IMG/VR virus record: IMGVR_UViG_3300025383_000010
Reading direction: 5' to 3' (one strand)
Length of the DNA stretch: 64,000 nt
Origin: a virus
Position 1 is the first letter of the stretch. Each line of letters opens with the position of its first letter. Under the pieces are notes generated by a model that saw only the letters and a program-made list of their open reading frames with translations, was not told the DNA's origin and did not search any database. Of the stretch, positions 1-9,434 are shown in pieces. The position numbers and the translations under genes were made by a program.

Positions 1-174
1 CAAGCGTCTCCCGGATCTAGTAAAGAACTAGATTATGTAGTAAACATTTACCACAATGGTAAGTTTAAGTTTGCATATCGTTACGAAGACTGGACCGAAG
101 ACGCTGTATCCAATGAGGTCAGTCTTCTAAGGTCTAGGTTCTCTGACACTAACGGTTTCATAGTCAAGTGGTAA
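1..174 (+). CDS. Partial hypothetical protein (5' truncated)
   Basis: Open frame from base 1 to TAA at 172-174 (...GFIVKW*). Confidence 0.5.
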   Translation, partial: QASPGSSKELDYVVNIYHNGKFKFAYRYEDWTEDAVSNEVSLLRSRFSDTNGFIVKW

Positions 175-216
175 AAACTGGTTGACACTATACATAAAAT
201 AATGTAGTGTCAACTT

Positions 217-738
217 ATGAACACGATTGTTGAACATCTTAAAGGTCGCCACATTGACCTTAATCTTCATCGTCCCATGATAGATGAAGATGAGCGAGTG
301 GCGACCTTTTACCTTTACAATCAGAGTGGTTGTATCATCGGGTACCAGCAGTATCGTCCTGATGCTGATAAAATGAAGAACAATCATCCCAAAGAGGCGC
401 GCTACTTCACGTATCGCAAGCAGCCTACCCTCGCTGTATGGGGCTTAGAATCGCTTCATTTGACCCCTCACGTTGTCTTTCTGACAGAGGGTATCTTTGA
501 CGCTGCACGATTGACAGAGCGCGGATACAGCGCCCTAGCAGCATTGACGAACAACCCTACAAAGGACTTGCGTAACTGGTTGAGTATGCTCAATCGCAAA
601 GTTGTAGCAGTGTGTGACAACGATGCTGCTGGTCGTAGGCTTGCTAAGTTTGGCGATGTTGCTGTATTTACAGAAGACAAAGACCTTGGTGAAGCTGATG
701 ATGAGTTTGTTACTGAACTGTTGAAAAAGTATGGCTAA
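217..738 (+). CDS. DNA primase-like TOPRIM-domain protein
   Basis: VFLTEGIFDA, VCDNDAAG and KDLGE motifs; TTGACA-17-TAGTGT promoter at 182-210. Confidence 0.8.
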   Translation: MNTIVEHLKGRHIDLNLHRPMIDEDERVATFYLYNQSGCIIGYQQYRPDADKMKNNHPKEARYFTYRKQPTLAVWGLESLHLTPHVVFLTEGIFDAARLTERGYSALAALTNNPTKDLRNWLSMLNRKVVAVCDNDAAGRRLAKFGDVAVFTEDKDLGEADDEFVTELLKKYG

Positions 739-946
739 AACCATTAACTTTGGAAGGCCGCCCGGAGAAACTGACATTGCTTGGTTTGTGAAGAACATTG
801 GGCCAAGAACTCATTACACCAAGTTTAGCATTGGTGGTAAAGGCTGGAGATTCACGTATGAGCAAGATAATCCATGGTCTATCAAACATTGGAACTTGAC
901 GGTTGACGATGACAAGATGCTAACATATTATTTGTTGGTTAGGTGA
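731..946 (+). CDS. Hypothetical protein, distant member of the LRWS-array family
   Basis: ORF track; C-terminus VDDDKMLTYYLLVR. Confidence 0.65.
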   Translation: MAKTINFGRPPGETDIAWFVKNIGPRTHYTKFSIGGKGWRFTYEQDNPWSIKHWNLTVDDDKMLTYYLLVR

Positions 947-954
947 TTTTTTGG

Positions 955-983
955 TTGACATTGGTGACCCATTTTGATATAAG
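955..983 (+). promoter_or_regulatory. Sigma70-type early promoter (repeated family)
   Basis: TTTTTTGG-TTGACA-17nt-TATAAG followed by ATAGCAAGGAGA leader. Confidence 0.8.
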
Positions 984-1006
984 AAGATATAGCAAGGAGA
1001 CATTGA

Positions 1007-1285
1007 ATGACTAAGTTTGAAACTCTCTCGCACTTCGTTCTGACCCAGGCTGACAACGAGGAACTCAATACCCTCATTGAATATATCAAGATGCGCCGTC
1101 AGCAGATCACCAAGTCCAATGTTCGTTCTATCACGAAGGGTGCAAAGGTCACGTTCACTGACAAGCGTGGTAAGGTTTATAACGGCACTGTAATGGATGT
1201 CAAGATCAAGAACCTGGTCGTTGAAACGCAGCATGGTCGCTATCGTGTCCCTGCTAGCATGGTCAAGGTTGCTCAGGGAGCGTAA
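1007..1285 (+). CDS. Hypothetical early protein (possible SH3-like C-terminus)
   Basis: ORF with AAGGAG RBS. Confidence 0.75.
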   Translation: MTKFETLSHFVLTQADNEELNTLIEYIKMRRQQITKSNVRSITKGAKVTFTDKRGKVYNGTVMDVKIKNLVVETQHGRYRVPASMVKVAQGA

Positions 1286-1538
1286 TATGAGTAACTGGCT
1301 TTATCTTGCAGGGAGTGCCTGCTTCGCACTCGGTACTATTCTCAATATGGTGAAGTGATATGCATTACCTTCATTTATTTTTTGTTATTTTGTGTGGTTC
1401 GCTTTGCATTGCAAACATCGGATCCATGGTATATTACTGTCGCAAGTTTCCATTTGTAATTATTCTTAATGGTATTGCTGCTGTCGTTACTGGCATTGCC
1501 ACACTGATTAACTATTCCCAGCTTTAAGGAGAAATGAA

Positions 1539-1772
1539 ATGAAAGATATTATCAAGATTGTTTACGAAAACGTTTTTACCTTTAGCACTGCTATGATTCT
1601 GATTGTAGCAGCGTTTATATTTGCTCTGGTCGTCACGATTGATGCCGAAAATAAGCGTGAAGAACAGAATCGTCTATTGACAGAAGCCTGTTACAATCAG
1701 GGAATGGTCCCTGTTGATACAGAAGCGGGTAAGCGTTGTGCTACTCCGCAGTCTCTTATTAAGGTGAAGTAA
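1539..1772 (+). CDS. Small membrane protein
   Basis: N-terminal hydrophobic helix; RBS. Confidence 0.7.
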   Translation: MKDIIKIVYENVFTFSTAMILIVAAFIFALVVTIDAENKREEQNRLLTEACYNQGMVPVDTEAGKRCATPQSLIKVK

Positions 1773-2165
1773 GATGTTGGAACGTATTCTGTTTGCACTA
1801 GCTATGGCTATTGTGTGCGGTATCGGTTTTTATATGCCTGACTATGTTAAGGGAACACTTGACCGAGCCGACATCGCTGTACCGATGATGGCATTTGTTG
1901 CTTCATTCATCACTATGAATGTTAGAGAGAAGTAATATGACAACACATAAAGTAAGGGTTGGTAATGCATTCTTATATTAGTATAGGAAACGATAATAAG
2001 CATTACTGGTGTATTGATTTTACAGACCAAGAACTTAAGATTTGGTATAATAACAAAGAGTTTATGGAGCGGAAGACTAAAGTATATCTTCCTAGCAAAG
2101 AAGAAATTATTGCCGCCTATCCGCACTTAGCAGAAGTATTATAATGTAGATTAGGGAGAAGTAAT

Positions 2166-2438
2166 ATGGCAACACATAAAGTAAAGAGTTGGACGGCATT
2201 CTTTCAGGCATTCAAGACTGGTGCTAAGAAGCATGATATGCGAGACTTGAAGGATCGTGACTATAAGGTTGGAGACATTCTCATCCTGCAGGAATATGAT
2301 CCGTTCAAGGGTGAATATACTGGTGAAGAACTGACTCGTCAAATCACTTACATTACCTCGCGTGATACGCCCTGTGCGTTTTCGTCAGCGGCACTTGATC
2401 GTGACTACTGCATTCTTTCTCTCGGTGAGGTAGAATAA
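2166..2438 (+). CDS. DUF3850/ASCH-like protein
   Basis: HKVKSW..FF, G.KKHDMR..DRDYKVGD.L.L.EY, ITYI, YCILSL pattern. Confidence 0.75.
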   Translation: MATHKVKSWTAFFQAFKTGAKKHDMRDLKDRDYKVGDILILQEYDPFKGEYTGEELTRQITYITSRDTPCAFSSAALDRDYCILSLGEVE

Positions 2439-2464
2439 AAATCGTACCTGAGGTCATTTTTTGG

Positions 2465-2493
2465 TTGACTTCGGGTACCTTTTTGTGTAGAGT
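2465..2493 (+). promoter_or_regulatory. Early promoter (repeated family)
   Basis: TTTTTTGG-TTGACT-17-TAGAGT; leader CTGAGAAAACGGAG shared with 36970-36993. Confidence 0.7.
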
Positions 2494-2525
2494 GAATCAT
2501 AAGCTGAGAAAACGGAGTTACGAAA

Positions 2526-2801
2526 ATGATCTACACTCTCAAGATTTATCGTCTCGACAAGCGTTGCAAGACTGGCGAACGTTTCATCAAGTCCTACGAG
2601 TTTGACCGCAAGGATGATGATGCGATGAAGCGTGAAGTCAACGCTCTCCGTGGTTGCGGCTATTGGGACACTCACTATCGCATTGAGTTCGCCCCCAAGT
2701 ACAAGACTGTTCACAATCTGATGACTGGTAAGGAAATTCAGATTGCTACTGATACTCCCCGCTGCTGCGACCCGTCTTCTGAATCTTATTGGAGCATGTA
2801 A
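2526..2801 (+). CDS. Hypothetical early protein
   Basis: ORF; C-terminus TPRCCDPSSESYWSM. Confidence 0.75.
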   Translation: MIYTLKIYRLDKRCKTGERFIKSYEFDRKDDDAMKREVNALRGCGYWDTHYRIEFAPKYKTVHNLMTGKEIQIATDTPRCCDPSSESYWSM

Positions 2802-3211
2802 AATGGATATTGACCGCGCAACGCATATCGTCAACAAGATGGTCAAGGAACGCTATTCCACGGTTGACAAGGTTCTCGCAGAATTTCTCAAGTACAATAA
2901 GAATGGTGAATGCCAGCATTTCTGGCCTGATGAAAACACTGCTTGCAAGGTGCTGATTGCGCGCAGGGTATCAAAGTGATCATTAAAATCAAAGGTATTA
3001 CTAATCACGGTAAGAATCGCATTCGTGAACATGGCGAAGAGTGGCGCGTGATTGAACCTATGGTCACTCCTAAGCCTGCACAGCTTTTCATTGAAAGCGT
3101 TAAGACCGGGGATCGGCGGTGGCTAAATCACAACTTTGAGATTGTGCAATGATGCACTATACAATTCCCGGCGGGGCTACGCGAAACTATAGTAACACAA
3201 AGGAAAGTAAT

Positions 3212-3433
3212 ATGGAAACTATTGTTAAGATTGTCGGGGCTATTGTTCTCGGCGTAGTGGGTATCGTTACTGTCGGTCTCCTCATGAGTCTGCCGGTTAT
3301 GTGGCTTTGGAACGGTGCCCTCGTTCCTGCTGTGAGTGGATTGCATGAGATTGGTTGGCTCCAGGCTTGGGGAGTCATGATTCTGTGCGGTATGCTTTTT
3401 AAGGGCAACAGCACTAGCACTTCGTCTAACTAA
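3212..3433 (+). CDS. Small membrane protein
   Basis: Hydrophobic, PVMWLWN...IGWLQAWG; AAGGA RBS before METIV. Confidence 0.7.
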   Translation: METIVKIVGAIVLGVVGIVTVGLLMSLPVMWLWNGALVPAVSGLHEIGWLQAWGVMILCGMLFKGNSTSTSSN

Positions 3434-3445
3434 AGGAAATTAAAC

Positions 3446-4078
3446 ATGTTTAAGAAGTTTACTATTGGTCTTATGGCTGCGCTTCTTGTTGCTCAGCCTG
3501 CATTTGCTGGCCGTTTCGGCGGTGGGGGCGGAGGCGGCTTCCATAGTTCTAGCTCTAGCTCCTCTCGTAGCTTTAGCTCTAGCTCTAGCTATCGTCCTAC
3601 TTCCAGCTATACTCGTCCTGCTGCAACTACTCCCGCGCGTTTCAGCAACACTAGCTCTGGCTATAGCTACAAGCCCGCACAGACTCGGGTAGTCTCTCGT
3701 CCTGCATATACTAGCGGATATAATGGCGGGTATCGTTCTGCCCCTGTAGTACAGAATCACTATTATGGTGGTGGATACGGCGGCGGCTATGGTGGCGGCT
3801 TCACTTCTAGCCCGTTCTTCTGGCTGTGGATGTTTGATCATAATCGTCAGCAGGCTCCGGTAGTTGTTCAGAATGGTGGTGGCTATGCTCCTCAGGCTCA
3901 GGTTATGCCTCAGGGTGACCCTGGTCAGGTGCAGTATGCTCAGGGTCCTCAGAGTCAGGGTCCTGGATTCTTTGGTATGATCTTTTATGGTCTGCTCAAT
4001 CTTGTCATCCTGATCCTCGTGATCACTGCTATCGTTTGGATCGTTATCAAGATCCGCAAGATGCTTAAGGGCGAGTAA
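3446..4078 (+). CDS. Gly/Ser/Tyr-rich exported membrane-anchored protein
   Basis: Signal peptide (PAFA), low-complexity body, C-terminal TM helix. Confidence 0.75.
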   Translation: MFKKFTIGLMAALLVAQPAFAGRFGGGGGGGFHSSSSSSSRSFSSSSSYRPTSSYTRPAATTPARFSNTSSGYSYKPAQTRVVSRPAYTSGYNGGYRSAPVVQNHYYGGGYGGGYGGGFTSSPFFWLWMFDHNRQQAPVVVQNGGGYAPQAQVMPQGDPGQVQYAQGPQSQGPGFFGMIFYGLLNLVILILVITAIVWIVIKIRKMLKGE

Positions 4079-4079
4079 G

Positions 4080-4277
4080 GTGTTTAAAAATGGTGATTTA
4101 GCTAGGGTAAATATTCCAGGAAGCTCAATCAATGGGCTTCTAGCAAAAGTCATTGGAATACACACTAAACTTCCGGTAGTAAACAGTGTTTACATTGTTC
4201 TTTTAATGGATGACCATAACGAAGAATGGGATGCATTCACTGTACCGGAAGGGCACCTAATTAAAGTGGAGAATTGA
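4080..4277 (+). CDS. Hypothetical protein
   Basis: ORF track. Confidence 0.6.
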   Translation: MFKNGDLARVNIPGSSINGLLAKVIGIHTKLPVVNSVYIVLLMDDHNEEWDAFTVPEGHLIKVEN

Positions 4278-4405
4278 TATGCTTTGCACTAATCTTGGAA
4301 CTGTAGTAGAGTACAACATCATCAGTTTTGTTGCTGGCGTCGTACTCACTACGATCTTCTTCGTTCGCTTTATGATCAAGCATCGTAAGCATAAGGAAAA
4401 TAACA

Positions 4406-4684
4406 ATGCTGCCTAAGTATCCTATCAACAAGCGCCCTCTCACTAACAAGAGTGCCCTGAGAACTCCAGCTTCTACTAATCGTCGTATCACGACTAGTAA
4501 CTATTCTAGCGATAGCAGCGACGATGGTTCCGATGTTCTCGGTGCTATTGTCACGGCTGAAATCATCAGCAGCGCACTTGATTCGTCTAGCTCGTATGAT
4601 AGTGGTTCATCCAGTGACAGTTATAGCGGATTTGATGGCGGTGGCGGTAGCTTTGATGGTGGTGGCGCATCGGGCGATTGGTAA
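4406..4684 (+). CDS. Ser/Gly-rich protein ending GGGSFDGGGASGDW
   Basis: C-terminal motif resembles the tail of TPM/DUF477-type proteins. Confidence 0.7.
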   Translation: MLPKYPINKRPLTNKSALRTPASTNRRITTSNYSSDSSDDGSDVLGAIVTAEIISSALDSSSSYDSGSSSDSYSGFDGGGGSFDGGGASGDW

Positions 4685-4799
4685 GGAATAAAACAATGAA
4701 GCACGATCTTTTCATTATTGGCTGTTTCATGCTTGGTTGGATCGCATATGATTTAATCAAAGTCAGCATTCGGCGTTTTAAGAAGTAAGGAGAAAAACA

Positions 4800-5027
4800 A
4801 TGAAGTATGATGGTCTATTGACTGATTTTAATAACATTCGTGAAACCCAGGTCTACGCTGTGGGCAAGGTGATTGACGAAGCAGAGAACTACATCACATA
4901 TCTTGAAAAGCGTGATGATACCCTCAGTAACATTCTCAAGTATCTTGACGAGCTTGATAGTTCTGGCAAGACTGAAACCAAACAGGAAATCCTTGACGCG
5001 ATTTTCAAGTTGGTTCCTCAGGAATAA
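4800..5027 (+). CDS. Hypothetical protein
   Basis: ORF with AGGAG RBS. Confidence 0.7.
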   Translation: MKYDGLLTDFNNIRETQVYAVGKVIDEAENYITYLEKRDDTLSNILKYLDELDSSGKTETKQEILDAIFKLVPQE

Positions 5028-5039
5028 AGGTTAATCAAT

Positions 5040-5600
5040 ATGTTTGCAGTAGTCTTGTGTCTCATCCCGTTTGCATTTCTCGGATATATGTGTTATCGTG
5101 CGTTTCATGTCAAGCGCAAGACTACTGTAACTCCGCAGCCGAAGCCAGTTGATAAGGTAATATTGCATGGACACAATCTTGCCAAGTGGAATTATCTTGG
5201 GCATACTCTTTGCAGATACGTTGATAAAGATGGTGAGATTACAGGTGAGCATCCTATATTCTTGTTCGTAGACAAGAACAATGAAAAGCGTAGGTCTTAC
5301 TTTGTTGTAAGTGAGTATGCTGACAAGAATCATCAATATATTCAGGTAACTGTAAAGCCTTGGGCAGCAGGTGAAGGTGAACTTTGGCATCTAATTTCTG
5401 GCACAGGCAACAAGCCATCTGACTATCTCAGAGAGTATATGCTTGAGAAGTTTAAATGCGAATGGGATACCGATACCAAATGGTGGGGTACCAGTGACAA
5501 GGCTAAGTACAACTCTGCAAACGAAAAGCAGAAGCGTGAACGCAAGCCTAAGGAAGTCAAGACTGAAAGCAATGTCGTTACCGTTGAGTTTGGAAAATAG
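5040..5600 (+). CDS. Membrane-anchored hypothetical protein
   Basis: N-terminal TM helix. Confidence 0.7.
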   Translation: MFAVVLCLIPFAFLGYMCYRAFHVKRKTTVTPQPKPVDKVILHGHNLAKWNYLGHTLCRYVDKDGEITGEHPIFLFVDKNNEKRRSYFVVSEYADKNHQYIQVTVKPWAAGEGELWHLISGTGNKPSDYLREYMLEKFKCEWDTDTKWWGTSDKAKYNSANEKQKRERKPKEVKTESNVVTVEFGK

Positions 5601-5640
5601 GGGTAACGATTAAATACTATTGTATCAAAGGAGAAAGACC

Positions 5641-5877
5641 ATGGATATGAATAGTATTTTAAGTCAGTTAAAGGGACTGATTGCAGAGGGTGATGGTAAA
5701 CTAAGCAACAAGCGTGTTATCACTATCCTTTGCACTCTCATGCTCATCACTGCATTTAGTGCCAATGTCTTTATGGCAAAGCACATTGATGACAACATCT
5801 TGAACAGCATCATGTTCATTATCATCGGTGGTATGGGCATCACTGGTATGGAAAAGTTTGCACCTAAGCAACAATAA
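5641..5877 (+). CDS. Two-TM small membrane protein (holin-like possible)
   Basis: Two hydrophobic helices; TAAATA late promoter near 5611; AGGAG RBS. Confidence 0.55.
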   Translation: MDMNSILSQLKGLIAEGDGKLSNKRVITILCTLMLITAFSANVFMAKHIDDNILNSIMFIIIGGMGITGMEKFAPKQQ

Positions 5878-5880
5878 CAC

Positions 5881-5909
5881 TTGACATTACCTCGTTTTGG
5901 GCGTATAAG
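5881..5909 (+). promoter_or_regulatory. Early promoter upstream of the SWIM gene and LRWS array
   Basis: TTGACA-17-TATAAG. Confidence 0.75.
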
Positions 5910-5937
5910 AAATTATATCGCTTGAAACGAGGTTTTT

Positions 5938-6324
5938 ATGCTTAACATCGGTGACACTGTTACGATCAAAGTTCGCAACGTCATGTATGACGTTCGCCAT
6001 CGTTATCCCGCAGGTATGATTCCCGAGTTCAACGAATATACCGGTACCGTCATGCGCGAAAAGTTCTTTGCCGATGACGAGATTGGTATCACCAGCGACA
6101 CCTTTGGTATCAAGTTCCGTCGCATTCGTCTTGATCGCATCGTTGAAGTCAATGCTGCCAAGGTTGAGTTTACTCCTGTCAAACATGAGCGTGAAACTAA
6201 GGTAGTTCAGGGTAGTAAGGGTAACTCGTATATTGTCACTCGTGATGGTAGCAAGACCACTTGCACTTGCCCCGGTTATGGTTTCCGCAAGACTTGCAAG
6301 CATGTTCATGAGGCATTTGCGTGA
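5938..6324 (+). CDS. SWIM zinc-finger protein
   Basis: C-terminal CTCPGYGFRKTCKH. Confidence 0.75.
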   Translation: MLNIGDTVTIKVRNVMYDVRHRYPAGMIPEFNEYTGTVMREKFFADDEIGITSDTFGIKFRRIRLDRIVEVNAAKVEFTPVKHERETKVVQGSKGNSYIVTRDGSKTTCTCPGYGFRKTCKHVHEAFA

Positions 6325-6560
6325 AACTTGATGTTATAAACAATGCTCATCACCGAAATATGTATGTGTCCGCTAAAGCAGCATTTGTTAACGCGAGTCC
6401 TTCTAGTTTTGATAACGCTGAAAAGTTTTGGAAAGAATTGGGTGAAGCATACGATATGAGAATTATCAAACCTATATACAAGGGCAAGTTTCCGGTTGTT
6501 GAAGCACTAGAGTTTAACACCGAAGAAGCATATTCCTGGTTTCTGTTGAGGTTTTCATAA
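6321..6560 (+). CDS. LRWS-array protein 1
   Basis: Ends FNTEEAYSWFLLRFS. Confidence 0.8.
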   Translation: MKLDVINNAHHRNMYVSAKAAFVNASPSSFDNAEKFWKELGEAYDMRIIKPIYKGKFPVVEALEFNTEEAYSWFLLRFS

Positions 6561-6769
6561 TGCGTTGGGTTCGTGAACATAGCAAGCCTTATAGGCTGGA
6601 ACTGAAATATAATCTCGGTGAGGAACGTTGGTCAGAAGTTCAAGATACACTAAATGAAGCTAAGAAGTGGTGTAGACAGAACAATATGTTTATCTGGGAC
6701 GATGGGTTGTTCTACATTGGTTTCATTAACCATCGTGACATGGCTTGGTTCTTGTTGAGGTGGTCATGA
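6560..6769 (+). CDS. LRWS-array protein 2
   Basis: Ends FINHRDMAWFLLRWS. Confidence 0.8.
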   Translation: MRWVREHSKPYRLELKYNLGEERWSEVQDTLNEAKKWCRQNNMFIWDDGLFYIGFINHRDMAWFLLRWS

Positions 6770-6987
6770 AAACTGCATTCACATTTAAGAAATGGTATTG
6801 GGGACCATTGCATGATGATCAGCCGCCCCATTGGTGGACCAACTTCGCAGAGGGTAAATCTATCAGTGTCAGCAAGATAACTGAACTTAGCCGTGTTGCT
6901 AAAGTTAGACAAAAATCAAATGGTAGCCTTCGTGTAGTGTTCAAGTCTCCCGGTGATCTAACGTTTTTTATTTTGAGGTGGTCATGA
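6766..6987 (+). CDS. LRWS-array protein 3 (paralog of 7441-7665)
   Basis: ATG in ATGA overlap; ends FKSPGDLTFFILRWS. Confidence 0.8.
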   Translation: MKTAFTFKKWYWGPLHDDQPPHWWTNFAEGKSISVSKITELSRVAKVRQKSNGSLRVVFKSPGDLTFFILRWS

Positions 6988-7160
6988 CCGAAGTTGATAT
7001 TAGCTTTGTCGGAAATTGGTCTAACAGCAAGATTACCGAGTGTAACGAATGGTTGGACAAATATCCTCACTTCGGGGAGATTGATATTGACGGGGCATCA
7101 TGTATCATGTATTTTGAAGATGAAAGGGATGCTATGCTCTTTATGTTGAGGTGGTCATGA
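6984..7160 (+). CDS. LRWS-array protein 4
   Basis: Ends FEDERDAMLFMLRWS. Confidence 0.8.
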   Translation: MTEVDISFVGNWSNSKITECNEWLDKYPHFGEIDIDGASCIMYFEDERDAMLFMLRWS

Positions 7161-7444
7161 GTTACTATGAAGCAAAAGATAGAGAACTGTACTCTAAACT
7201 GATTCAGTTTTATCCTAGGGTAGAACCTGGTCATGCGTTTGTATCCAATCTCTTTAACGAGTTTGGAAAGCAAGATGCTATTCCCAATTATGAGGACCCT
7301 ATGTATTCATGGGCCAAACGTCTTGAACAGTGGCTGCCCGGTAAAGTCGGTTTGATTAGAAATCCAGATGATGCTGATAATTGGGACAAGTTTATCGTAG
7401 TTGATCAAGGGCTGTATGCTTTTGCATTGTTGAGGTATTCATGA
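7157..7444 (+). CDS. LRWS-array protein 5
   Basis: Ends YAFALLRYS. Confidence 0.8.
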   Translation: MSYYEAKDRELYSKLIQFYPRVEPGHAFVSNLFNEFGKQDAIPNYEDPMYSWAKRLEQWLPGKVGLIRNPDDADNWDKFIVVDQGLYAFALLRYS

Positions 7445-7665
7445 AAACTGCATTCACATTCAAGCGTCGGTGGTGGGGTATAGATCACGAAGATCAACCT
7501 CCCCAATGGTGGAAAAACTTCCTTGATGCATATAGCCCGTCGGGAGAAGCTGCATATAAAGAACTTAGTAAGATTGCTAAAGTTAGACACATGACCAACG
7601 GAAATATCCGTGTAGTGTTCAACAGTCCCGGCGATCTATCGTTCTTTATCTTGAGGTGGTCATGA
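7441..7665 (+). CDS. LRWS-array protein 6 (paralog of 6766-6987)
   Basis: MKTAFTFK...FNSPGDLSFFILRWS. Confidence 0.8.
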   Translation: MKTAFTFKRRWWGIDHEDQPPQWWKNFLDAYSPSGEAAYKELSKIAKVRHMTNGNIRVVFNSPGDLSFFILRWS

Positions 7666-7889
7666 TTACCTATATAGAAAGCACATATGAGTCCCGTGGA
7701 GCCAGTTTCACCTTAGCTACGCCGGTATTACACAAGGTTTGTTTTAATCATTATGATCGTTTGGAAGTAATGAACTGGTGTGAACAAAACTGTAAGGCTA
7801 AGTTCTATCCCGGGCCTTCTTGGGCAGGGCATTTTTTTGAGTTTGAAGACGATGAAGACGCTGTTTGGTTTGCGTTGAGGTGGTCATGA
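7662..7889 (+). CDS. LRWS-array protein 7
   Basis: Ends FEDDEDAVWFALRWS. Confidence 0.8.
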   Translation: MITYIESTYESRGASFTLATPVLHKVCFNHYDRLEVMNWCEQNCKAKFYPGPSWAGHFFEFEDDEDAVWFALRWS

Positions 7890-8122
7890 CACATACCATC
7901 AAGCTCGCTGCTGGATTTGATGATCGCCCGGAATGGTTCAAGGAGCGGTATAGTGCTGTCATGGCTGATGCGAGAACCAACGACAAGTGGTTGGTTCCTA
8001 AGCCATGGACTTGGTATTGGAATGACAAATATGAAGGCAAGATTCGCATACGTAATAGTAGCCTGTTTGTTGAATTTGACAGTGAGCAGGATTTTATGTG
8101 GTTCATTCTGAGGGAAGCATGA
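7886..8122 (+). CDS. LRWS-array protein 8
   Basis: Ends FDSEQDFMWFILREA. Confidence 0.8.
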   Translation: MTHTIKLAAGFDDRPEWFKERYSAVMADARTNDKWLVPKPWTWYWNDKYEGKIRIRNSSLFVEFDSEQDFMWFILREA

Positions 8123-8394
8123 TAAACAACTACGATGTTAACAGTCTGTATCCTTATTTGCCTCCGGTTGACTTCCTAGCTAGAGGCGGCATCAAACCTT
8201 ACATATATGTAGGAATGTGGACTCCTACAGAGTGGCGTGTCTATTCAGTAGTAACCGAGATTGCTGATTGGATCAAGCAACAGCCTGAGGATATGTGGGT
8301 AGGAGCAGAAAACACCAAGCACCTAGTTCCATATGCTCATCCATACGCAGTCAGCCCAGAGTTAGAAGCCTGGATTAAGTTGAAGTGGGGATGA
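8119..8394 (+). CDS. LRWS-array protein 9
   Basis: Ends EAWIKLKWG. Confidence 0.75.
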   Translation: MINNYDVNSLYPYLPPVDFLARGGIKPYIYVGMWTPTEWRVYSVVTEIADWIKQQPEDMWVGAENTKHLVPYAHPYAVSPELEAWIKLKWG

Positions 8395-8708
8395 CTAAAA
8401 CTATTAGCGGAATTGAAATGAGGGATCGTCTCTTGAAACATATTAATGACCCAAGAGTGCGGGAACTAGAGAACAAATATTTTATTCTCTATCGCAAGAG
8501 GGTGCAACGCAAGACCGGTGGGTGTAAGAACAAGTGGATTGTTCAGATCAAGATGCGCCCTGACTTTAATTATATGCAGGATCGGCCAGAAGCACTAGCA
8601 ATCATGGAATCGTTCGGTGGTGAAGACTTTGGTCCTCGCTCTAGGGTATTCAGAAGGTATAGTGATGCTGAAAAGGCTTGGGTCTATTTAACGTTGAGGT
8701 GGTCATGA
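8391..8708 (+). CDS. LRWS-array protein 10
   Basis: Ends FRRYSDAEKAWVYLTLRWS. Confidence 0.8.
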   Translation: MTKTISGIEMRDRLLKHINDPRVRELENKYFILYRKRVQRKTGGCKNKWIVQIKMRPDFNYMQDRPEALAIMESFGGEDFGPRSRVFRRYSDAEKAWVYLTLRWS

Positions 8709-8959
8709 AAGATTATACTTTTTATAGAATGACTGTTATAATGGATAAATGGACTCGTATTCCTGTGCGTGACAAATGGTGCCATCCTAACCATGTGTTT
8801 GGATTAAGGAATCCATTAAGCCAAGAAATGAAAGAATGGCTTGACAAAAATGTTAAAGCACATTATGCTATTCTTGAGGATGAAGATAATTTCGTGAACC
8901 ATGACATAGCTTTTTCTAGTGAATATGATGCAGCTTTTTTTCTATTGAGGTGGTCTTGA
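8705..8959 (+). CDS. LRWS-array protein 11
   Basis: Ends FSSEYDAAFFLLRWS. Confidence 0.8.
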   Translation: MKDYTFYRMTVIMDKWTRIPVRDKWCHPNHVFGLRNPLSQEMKEWLDKNVKAHYAILEDEDNFVNHDIAFSSEYDAAFFLLRWS

Positions 8960-9168
8960 CCTACCAAGTAACTTTCCGTGAAGGTGAAGAACCTGAATGG
9001 TATGTGAAAGCATATGACAACGCTTGGGATAATAGATCAGGGTTCACTACATGGGCAAGTGTTTGGAATGAATATTATCCTGATACTAACTTGACTCATT
9101 CTGTTAGAGACATAACTGTTACCTTTAAATCCGAAGAAGATTTCACTGTATTTTTATTGAGGTTATAA
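8956..9168 (+). CDS. LRWS-array protein 12 (TTG start)
   Basis: Ends FKSEEDFTVFLLRL. Confidence 0.75.
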   Translation: MTYQVTFREGEEPEWYVKAYDNAWDNRSGFTTWASVWNEYYPDTNLTHSVRDITVTFKSEEDFTVFLLRL

Positions 9169-9434
9169 TGAGTAAGAAAACTGTTTTGAGAGAGATTACA
9201 CACTTCAAGTTCATCCAGACTAAACACGCTCCGCCGGGCGATCAATGGGCTAAGCCACTCTACATCATTGACGCTTGTAAGGGCTGGACTGCTGCAAGTA
9301 TTGATATGGAAGAGGTCAGAAACATTGTTGACCCTAATCGCAATATCAGTGGTAAGAATGGTACTCGTTGGAAGTTCCGCAAGTTTGAAGATGCTGACAA
9401 ACTATGGATGTATCTTGTTTTGAGGTATTCGTAA
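9168..9434 (+). CDS. LRWS-array protein 13
   Basis: Ends FRKFEDADKLWMYLVLRYS. Confidence 0.8.
   Translation: MSKKTVLREITHFKFIQTKHAPPGDQWAKPLYIIDACKGWTAASIDMEEVRNIVDPNRNISGKNGTRWKFRKFEDADKLWMYLVLRYS

Noticed and set aside
6745-9404. ORF-track starts such as MVM, MVL and MGM for array genes
   Set aside because: They are upstream alternative starts inside the junction; the ATG/TTG in the stop overlap has the proper RBS spacing.
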